Shown: positions 51,180 through 64,000 of the stretch, one piece after another
Layout of the letters: every line of letters starts with the position of its first letter
How positions within the stretch are numbered: position 1 is the stretch's first letter
Assembly: GCF_009914755.1 (NCBI RefSeq)
Contig: NC_060934.1
Length of the DNA stretch: 64,000 bases
Origin: the human T2T-CHM13v2.0 reference genome, Homo sapiens
Reading direction: 5' to 3' (one strand)
Position numbers and translations under genes: made by a program
The notes under the pieces: generated by a model
What the model was told of the DNA's origin: nothing
The model's input: the letters and a program-made list of their open reading frames with translations, nothing else
The model's database searches: none

Positions 51180-52949
51180 TCAATCCAACTATATTACTGC
51201 AATAATAAGAGATTTCAGAGTGTACATTGCCATTCTACCACTGGATGTTTGTTTCATCTTCCCTCAAACTTGGAAAGGTCACCATCTCCCAAAGCAGACA
51301 AATTCTCATAGGAAAAAGAGAAAACGCGCACTTCCACCAGCATGTGGCTTCATAAGGGCAAGCATGTGCACCTGGCACATAGGAGGTACGTGCTGTCTGT
51401 TAAATGGTGTGTTCGCAGTGACCAGGCCTGTCAGGCCCTTCCAAGGAACATGCTTGGCAAAGCCATAGAGCAGTCAGGATAAGGTATGTATCACATCCTT
51501 ATCTCTGGGAACTTATCCTTTTATGAAGTTATAGCTAACTTAGTAAAAGTAAGAGAGAGGTAACATGATATGACAATATTTAACATGTTCCACTCAAGAA
51601 AACAACAAACACACGCATGTCCCTCAGATGACAACAGCCACGCCAAGTCTGTGTCTGTGGCACCATCTCCTACCTGACACGATCGTCACAGGGCCTCTGA
51701 TCTCGGTGAACTTCTGCCAGGTGAAGTTCCGAATGAGGCATTATATCAAAGTGCTCTTTCCAACTTTGGAGGCCCCGTCACCACTACCGGTATTGGTGGC
51801 GGCTCTAGTGGAGTTCCATCAACCACTGGAATATGATGCTTTTGTGTCTTCAAATCCAGAGTCCTATTTATTTAAAAAAGAAAAAAAAAGTAAACTCACT
51901 TTTAAAATAGAGTAAAAGGTATCAACCTTATAAGTAGACTTTTTTTTAGTATAATTACAGATATGAGTACTTTAGTATATTTTATAGAGAGTACAACAGA
52001 CAATATAAAAATATAAGTAACTTGTCAATTATTAACTTCTGACCCCTATCCAAATCAATTGCTGTTCAATAAAGATGTAACAAGATGACTTCAATAGTAT
52101 AGAGTTGAAAATTAAACACTCCTTAAATCTGACTGTTTTATGAGTGATTTTTATAGTTTTTTAAAAAACAAAAGGTAAATACTGAGGCAGCGCATCATAA
52201 CAGATAAGAGCAGAGGTTCTGGAGTTAAATTTGGCTCTCCGACTTACTGGTTGTATGATTGGAGGTAACTTGTTTTCTTGACCTCAGTTTTCTTGTCCAT
52301 AAAATGAGGGCAAGAATGATTCCTACTCTGGTAAGGCTGCTGGAAGGATTTAGTTGAATAACGTTTAAAGTACACTGCTAAGAATATCATAAGGACTCAC
52401 TAAATAAAGCTATGTTAGTATTACATATTGTAATTTTTGTATTTTATATTACAACTTTGTAAAACATATCCAGAGGGAAAAAGCACACTTATCACCATAG
52501 AAACAGTTTAAAGTTTAGGAAGAATCAAATTCTATAAATTCTTGTATCTTGGGCAAGAAACACCAACCAGTGTGCAGATGCTGGAGGCAAGGCAGCTTCT
52601 ATGGCAAGTCTTCTCACGTTTTAGTAAAAGTCACACAGCATGCATCTCCATGTCCTTTGGAGCTGGACTAGACTTGTGAATCCAAATGTCACCTGTGAGA
52701 GGCTCCTAACTATTTAAAAAGATTCAATGGAAGAACCATCAGACTGTAGCTAAACACACCTGTGAAAGGATCGAGACATCCACACAGCAGACTGAACTGC
52801 AAAAGCATTGGCATTTCTCTTCTGGGCATTTTCTTCGTCTCCTAGCTGGAGATCCTGCAGATGCCACTTCTTTTTCTTTGCAGCTTTGGGTCCACCGTTT
52901 TTCTTTCTGTGTTTCTTCTGGTCCTTAGTCTCCATAGTGGCTATTTACC

Positions 52950-56560
<3,611 letters not shown>

Positions 56561-58436
56561 CATAGATGGAATCATTTTAACAGATAAAACTTGAGAATAA
56601 AAATAATCATAAAGGAAATATTGTAATCATCACATCTGATTCCTGTGTCTATCTCTTAGCTGGTTCCAAATTAAAAACAAAAGTAAAGGATTGTGAATTA
56701 TTGACTCAAACTCAATTATATTATTATGTTTATTTTGCAAATGAGAAAACTAGATTTGAGAGAGGATGAGCAATTTACCCAAAGTCACCAAAATCTAAAG
56801 TATGTGGCAAAACAGGCAGTCAAACAGGGACCCCTCATTAACTCAGAAGTCTACATTTTTTCTCACATTCTTATGTGCTTGTCACTTATATTCATTAAAA
56901 ACAGGCACATTCCATCAACATTCTCTAGTAAGAGTCTAAACACCCCGTGTAAGATACAGGGAAGGAAAAGGAAATGGAACTCACATTTTCTGTGTATCTA
57001 TTATGTTCCAGACACTGTCCTAAGCCATTATTTACAATACATACTTTAATCCTCACAAACACCCCCAGGAACCTGCAGCAAGTTCGGTGAGAATCAGGTA
57101 TCCAAAGCTCATGTGCTTTTGATTTACTAAGTTGCTTTTGAAGACCAAATATTAGTCTTCCAAATGATCAGGCTATTAAATGTAGTGTGTAAACACCAAC
57201 AGCATCAGTGTATCTGCTTGATTCACACACTTACTGAACAGTTCTTTACGATGGCACAGAACACGACATCCACACATAGGAACACCCCTGTCCGGCCTAT
57301 GCCGGCACTGCAGTGAACAACCATGGGTCCTGTAAGGTGGCTCTTCCTTGCATAACGAATATATTTTATGAAGCTATCTGCTGAGGCAGGAGTGCCATGG
57401 TCTGGCCACTTGGTGAACTGCAACTGTTTTACAGAGTGACTAGTTCCCGTCTGTTAGAGAAAGAAACAGAGCGAGAAAGACATTTATTGATTTCTTATAT
57501 TAGAGACCTCACGCCAACTTCTAATATTCAAATGATAATAATAATGGCTATATGGTATTACCTTGGTATTATATAGAACTTTCAAAAAGTACTCAAACCT
57601 CTTTTTGATGTTTATAAGAATTCTGGAAGTTGCTAGGAATAGAGGTTTTCTCCATTTTACAAAGGAGAGCACAGTAACAACAATAAAAATACCAGTATTA
57701 ACAGGTAACAAAAATTAAGCACTTGCTATGTGGCAGTTACTATGCTAGGGGCTTCACATGAATTCTCTCCTTTAATCTTCACATCAACCATGTGAGATAG
57801 GCACCATTTTATCTCCATTTTACAGATGAAAATTTAAGGATGAGGGGGACGAGAGATGTATGCTAGGTCAGAAGGTTCACACGTTTAGAGCTGGAACTGT
57901 AATGTAGGTGTCTTGAATTCTAATCTACCATCATTCTTCTGTACCATGAGGCTACAGGAAAACCAAGATTTCAAAATGCTTAGAGTGAGAGATGGACTGT
58001 CATGTTAGGAATAAGACCAAAAGGCAAAGTATCTTAGTTTAGAAATGACATATGAAATTTAATTAAGACATATAGGTGTCTGACAAGAGAGGCACCGATC
58101 TCTTCCAGCGATGAAGACAGGGTAGTCAATGACCATGAGAGTAGATTGTGGGTCCCACTATTGTGCTGAGCCCCCTTGAAGTGGAGTCATGAAACTCTTC
58201 CCAGCATTGTCAGATAAAGCACTTTGAATTTACCTATATCTCATCCAAAGGGATCATGACCCTTTCCTCAGTGTGGGGCCCTTATTTTATCACACATGGG
58301 ACCCTAATGGAAGAACTCAAAATGAGTTTCTCACTTCTCCTATGCTTCTCCCGAATGCACCTCTTTTTCCTAAGCTTCCTGAATAAAGATGCTAGTGCTC
58401 AGAGCTCTATTCTAATCCACAGTGTCGACTGAAATT

Positions 58437-58800
58437 TGTGATAGTTAATTTTATCTGTCAACTTGGCTGAGCCCTGGTATCCAGATACTAGGCCAAATAT
58501 TATTTTGTGCCTCTGTAAAGGTATTTTTTAGGTGAGATTAACATTTAAATTGGTAGAATTTGAGTAAAGCAGGTTATTCTCCATAAAGTGGGTTGGCTTC
58601 ATCTAATCAGCTGAAGGCCTTAAGAGAACAAAAACTGACCTCCCATGAGCAAGAAGGAATTCTACCAGCAGATTGCTTTTGGACTCAAACTCCAATTCTT
58701 CCCTGGGTCTTCAGCCTACTTTCCCACCCTGCAGATTTGCCAACCCTCCACAATCACTTGAACCAACTCCTTAAAATTAATCTCTCTCTCTGGATCAGTC
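58437..58800 (+). mobile_element. MLT2 (ERV-L) LTR
   Basis: TGTGATAGTTAATTTTATCTGTCAACTTGGCT start; GAGATTAACATTTAAAT; CATCTAATCAGCTGAAGGCC. Confidence 0.75.
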
Positions 58801-59142
58801 CCATAACCTGTATTCAGGGATCTCAATGTTATACTGCTAGAAAAATACACATAATCACATATTTTGTTGCTACTACAAATGTATGGGTCAAACCTCAGCA
58901 TCACTCAGCAACCCTTTTCCTGGTGATTGTGCTCCAATCAACTTCTTTGGTGATGACTCCAAAACTCACCATTCTCTGCAAGTTTCCTGTTCAACTCCTA
59001 TTCCCTTCACTCGTGTTAACACATGTATCACCTACCTGCCAACTGAATCCACTAGAGCAATCTAACTCATTGCTTTCTCCTATAAACCATTCCTTTTCTG
59101 TTTTCTAAGTCTATTAGACCAAGGAATCCATGAATTATTCTA

Positions 59143-59340
59143 GACCAATGCTTCTCAACAGAACTTCCTATACTGAAGCAAATGTCTTAAATAGTGGCAA
59201 TATAGTAGCCACTATCAACATGCCACTCATAAGCCCTAAAATGTGGCTACTTGCAGGTGAGGAACTCAATTTGTTATTTTACATAAATTTAAATAACTTA
59301 AATTTAAACTTAAATATCCACATGTGGTTACTGTATTGAA
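59143..59340. mobile_element. MER3-like hAT element
   Basis: CAACAGAACTTCCT...AATATAGTAGCCACTA...AATGTGGCTA...CACATGTGGTTA. Confidence 0.55.
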
Positions 59341-61494
59341 TATATTTTCAACCCCTCCTCTGTAACTTATAAATCATAAGTCATAAGTCACGTATGTCTC
59401 CCAATTTTATCTGCAAAACACTTGCGTCTGTGCTTTCCACCCCCATGCCAACAGCCGTAGTTGATCATGTCACTTACTAAAATTCTTCAATGTCTCCCAA
59501 TTATCTTCATAATAAAGTTCATGCTACTTAGCTGAAATTTAAGACATTTCACATTCTAGCTGGCCCCTGCTTACTTTTGAGAACATCATCTCATCTTTTA
59601 TTACTCCCTGGCACTGAACTTTTACATTTCAGAAACACTTAACTACTTATATTTGTCTCTACACACACCTTATGCTATTCTATATTTTGATCATCTACTT
59701 TCTCCCTCCATCTTTTTCATTTGCATAATTCTCAAAACAAATGCCACCTCCTCCAGTAAACCTGTCTCAAAACCCCAAGTAAAGCCAAGTGTTTACCTTC
59801 TGAGCCCCAAAGTGCCCAAGACATATCTCAACATTATCACTGAACACGGTAAGTTAGGTATCTATCAGTGAGTGTAACCAACCTCTCCACTATTCGGTAA
59901 GTACTGATAGTGCCTGGCCCAGTGATTAGCATACTTTAAGGACTCAATACGTATCTGCTACATTTGGCAGAGGCAGGTATAACCCAGAATCAGACAACTT
60001 CAACAGTCACTCTCCCTGCCCCACCTCTCTTTTCCAATTTTTTCTTCTCCACAGAATCTGGTTGAGGAGAAGTAGAAGTGGTGGCTTCTGGTACCAGGGA
60101 CAAGTAAAAAGTTACTTAAGAAGTATCATCGATCGATTTTCCATCCTACTCCTAACTTCTAGTTCTAAGACATCTGCTTATGTGGTGAAACATATATCTA
60201 ATACTGATGTTTAAAAACTTACGGACTTCTCCACAACTTGAAACATTCGAATGATGAAATATTGAAGTATCTGGTAGTTCTCCAGGAATACACGGAAGTG
60301 TTTCAATTCCAATGGCTTCTTCAGAGAAATGGGCCAGTAATGGTAGCATTTGATAATTCCACCTTCTATCTCTCTGGTTATCATGGCAATAACATTCGAA
60401 TTATTTTCCAACACCATTTGCCAAAAGTCATCTATGGTGCTCAGCAGTGGTCCTTGAGTAGCGATATAAAAATACTCTTCTCCACAATTGACTATTCTAA
60501 TATAACTAGCATTGATGTAGTCCTTGCTTTTTCCAAGAGGAACGCGTGTTGAATCATCTATTACAGAAACAGAAACATCTGGTAGATAAAGGTGGGAGAT
60601 ACATCACACCCAGACTTCACGAAAGGATTTCACACATGTAAATCCATATATCTCTTTGACCAATAGAGAAGATGGCCTAGGAGTTTCTTTTCAAAATGGT
60701 TGAGTCCATGAGTTTAAATTATTTCCTCCCTGAAAACTATTGGCATGACCGAAGAAATATACAATTATGGGATGTTTATTTTTCAAATCAGTTTTTAATA
60801 AATGCAGAATGATATCATTAGCATCCAGGTACTTTTGGAAATTTCTGCTAGAAGTGGCATGGGCAAGGTTAAGTCAAGGGAAGTATCCTATAGTTTGCAA
60901 CTGAACACAACAGAGGAGAAACTCTTTGTGGGAGTAAATGAGTGATATTATCCTGCAAATCTGAAACCTGCAAACCCAGAGCAGCAGGAGCCAGGGGAAA
61001 AAAAAAATCTGATAGTTGACTGCAGACAAATTCTAGGATTAATGGAATTCCACCACTGTCCCCAAACTAGACAGCCATATTTTATGTCCATTCTCAGCCT
61101 TCATCTGGTGATAGGACATGTTATTCAAAGCAAAGATATTGTGGCAAAAGGATGCTACCAAGGGGAATTGCTCCAAGTAATATGGGACTCATCTAACATG
61201 GACTGTTATAACAAATACGAGAGGGAAAACCAGCTATTTGGCCTACTAACCTTCACTGCTCCAGGAGTTCCTTCTTCACCTGATACAGACATCTGAAGCT
61301 CTGGTTCCACCACCATCCCCACACTGAGAGCAGAAACACACACAGCAAAGGAGGCCCTTCTCTGCCATGCAGCTCTCTCACCAATAACCTCTCCTTACTA
61401 CTCAGAATCACATGGACCACTTATCTAGTAAATATGCTGACAAGACCTGAACAGGCATTTATATAATATCTGGCAGAACTCTTCTCAAATTTTA

Positions 61495-61773
<279 letters not shown>

Positions 61774-62799
61774 TCACAACAAATATTCTCCTTTCTATAA
61801 AAGAAGATAACACCTTAAAAACTCCTATTTGTATATTAAATAAAATTCAAGAGAGCATTATTTAAAACAATACTTTATACCTATGTTTACTAACAAATAT
61901 GTTATATTACTAAATTATAAAGGTGATAACAATGGCTTTGTAGGGAGATCTTTCATCATATTTATGTAGATATATGATGATATATGTCATATAATAATAA
62001 TAAGCCTGGCAAGTGTTCATCACAATGTTAGCAGTAGTTATTACAGTATCTAAACCATATAAATTACTTCATAGTAAAAAAAGCATTTTTTAAATTTTGA
62101 AATGAGATTAAATATGTGAAAATTAAATAATCTAAAATAATAAAAGCTTGATTTCATATAAAAGTCACAATCATTCAACTCAAACTCCTAAAGCAGGAAT
62201 TGAACAGAAAAACAAATTTATGTTTAGAAAATCAGCTTAAAAAATTTTCCCAGAACTCAGAAAAAAAAGATTTAAAAAACCTACAATAATGATTAAAATG
62301 GTAAAAGACACAGTGCATACAAGGGGAATGTAAAAAACGAATTTCAGAAGCAAACTGTGGAATTCACTGCAGAAAAGAAATAATTCAAGTGATCATAGGA
62401 AAGCTCCCTAAACAGAAGCAGGAGTACTAACAGAATGCAGTGAAACATGCATACCAGGTTCAAGCAGCATGATACGCTACATGTATCACCTTGTCAACTC
62501 CAAAACAAACCTTTGAGGGAGGTGCTATTATATTCATACTTTTCAAATAAAGAATCTGTACAAAGTAACTTGTTCCATATTACGCAGCAATCTTCTAGAC
62601 TCCACAGACTAGGTAAATCTAGACTCTGGTCCAAAAATAATTCCATGCTCTGTTGTCCATCAAGGAAGACTCAAGTTTGCAGACAGAAAGGCCTAAGTGT
62701 CAGACAACATTAATGAAGAGAGCCACTAAGACCCCTAGACCAGCAGAGCATAAGGCCACAGGAACAGGAACAGGAAGCAAAAATTATGCTAATGGATGA

Positions 62800-64000
62800 C
62801 TAGGGGTAATGGCAACTGGTGCCACTCCCATTTCCACCCCTTGATTCTTGAATCTTGGCTATGGTAGAAACAGCATCATATATTGGATGCTGACATGGGG
62901 CATGTATAATCTCCTGAAGAACATTACCCCAGCCCTGCAAGGTACTGCCACCTAGCTTTCACTGTAATTGAGTCTTCAAAAGGCCATTCATCCATTCTGT
63001 CAAGCCAGCCGCTTTGAGAGGATAAGGAATATGGTAACATAGTGGCAATGAGGCCATTGCCACAAGGTATTTGCCACAAAGTGAGTTCTTTGATTACAGC
63101 AATGCTGTATGGAATACCATGATGGTGGATAAGGCATTCTGTAGGTCCACAGATGGTAAATTGGTGGGAGCACTGTGTGCAGGGAAGGCAAATCCATACC
63201 CAGAGTTACTGTCTATTCTAGTAAGAAAAAAGCACTGCTCCATGCATTATGGAAGTGGTCCCAGTGTAATCAACCTGCCATCAGCTAGCTGGCTGATCAT
63301 CCCATGGAATAGTGCCCATCAGGTACTCAGTGTTGGTCTCTGTTGCTGGCAGATTGGACACTCAGTAGCAGCTGTAGCCAGGTCAGCCTTGGTGAGTGGA
63401 AGTCCATGTTGCTGAGCTCATACATAACCTCCATCCCTGCCATTATGGCCACTTTGTTCATGAGACCTATGGGCAATGACACAATGACAGGGGTGACTGG
63501 GGGTATAGTCTAGCTGATATTCATAGAGCATGTCACTCTATTCACCTGATTATTAAAGTCTGCCCCTGCTGAGATCAACCTTTGGTGAGCATTCACATGG
63601 GATACAAATATCTTTGTGTTTGTGCCTATCTAGCAAGATCTATTCACGTGCCTCTTCCCCAGACCTTATTGTCACCAATTTTTCCAACCATGTTCCTTCA
63701 AATTCCCTGACCATCCAGCTAAGCCATTAAACATAGCCCATGAATCAGTACACATTTATACGTCTGGCCATTTCTCCAAGCAAAAAACAAAAAAACAAAA
63801 AGCACCAAGTGCACTACCCAATGTTCTGCCCACTGGGAGTTATTTCTCTTCACCACTGTCCTTCAGAGATGTCTCAAAAAAGGGGCTGTAGTGCTATAGC
63901 TGTCCTCTTCTGGCTGGTACCTTTATATCACGCAGAACCTTCTGTAGACCAGGTCCAAGTCTTCTCTTCTTCTGTCAGCTGATCATAGGCAACTCCTCAT
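62800..64000 (-). mobile_element. ERV-L internal pol (RNase H/integrase) relic
   Basis: Minus-strand WQVDYTG (~63255-63280), HGIPYSI (~63100-63122) and VSHVNAH (~63585-63606), all typical of ERV-L pol; frameshifted. Confidence 0.75.

Larger units (their letters stand above)
57235..60557 (-). pseudogene. PTPN20CP: 3'-truncated PTPN20 copy (two PTP-domain exons; gene continues beyond the right edge); most likely PTPN20CP
   Basis: Exon 60557-60223 (YDSTRVPL, DYINAS, YIATQGP, DFWQMV, KCYHYWP) and exon 57450-57235 (WPDHGTP, VHCSAGIGRTG). Both are open with canonical splice sites. No Q-loop exon found before the L1/BMS1 junction. Confidence 0.85.

Overview
Primate (almost certainly human) genomic DNA from the 10q11.22 segmental-duplication mosaic. 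Three co-oriented minus-strand gene fragments lie in tandem. From the right: two catalytic-domain exons of a 3'-truncated PTPN20 copy (57235-60557); a disabled partial BMS1 copy cut at both ends (41126-52949); and an 8-exon AGAP4-family (CTGLF) gene (3079-24503). A degenerate 5S rRNA copy sits at 33362-33478, and the rest is dense Alu/L1/LTR/DNA-transposon sequence. From recalled gene order this best fits AGAP12P / RNA5SP315 / BMS1P7 / PTPN20CP; I could not verify paralog identity. Main observations: (1) The AGAP-like gene is a chimera. Exons 1-7 are the 5' half of a cyclin-Y-like (CCNYL) gene and exon 8 is an intronless AGAP1 retrocopy whose splice acceptor comes from former AGAP1 codons. (2) The only visible lesion in that gene is a 1-bp insertion in exon 1, leaving a 647-aa downstream ORF. 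(3) An antisense L1 supplies a possible new acceptor at the PTPN20/BMS1 junction. (4) The 5S copy keeps a correctly placed D-box-like element and internally duplicated flanks, suggesting a fossil 5S rDNA unit. All homology calls were made by eye against remembered sequences, and repeat boundaries are approximate.
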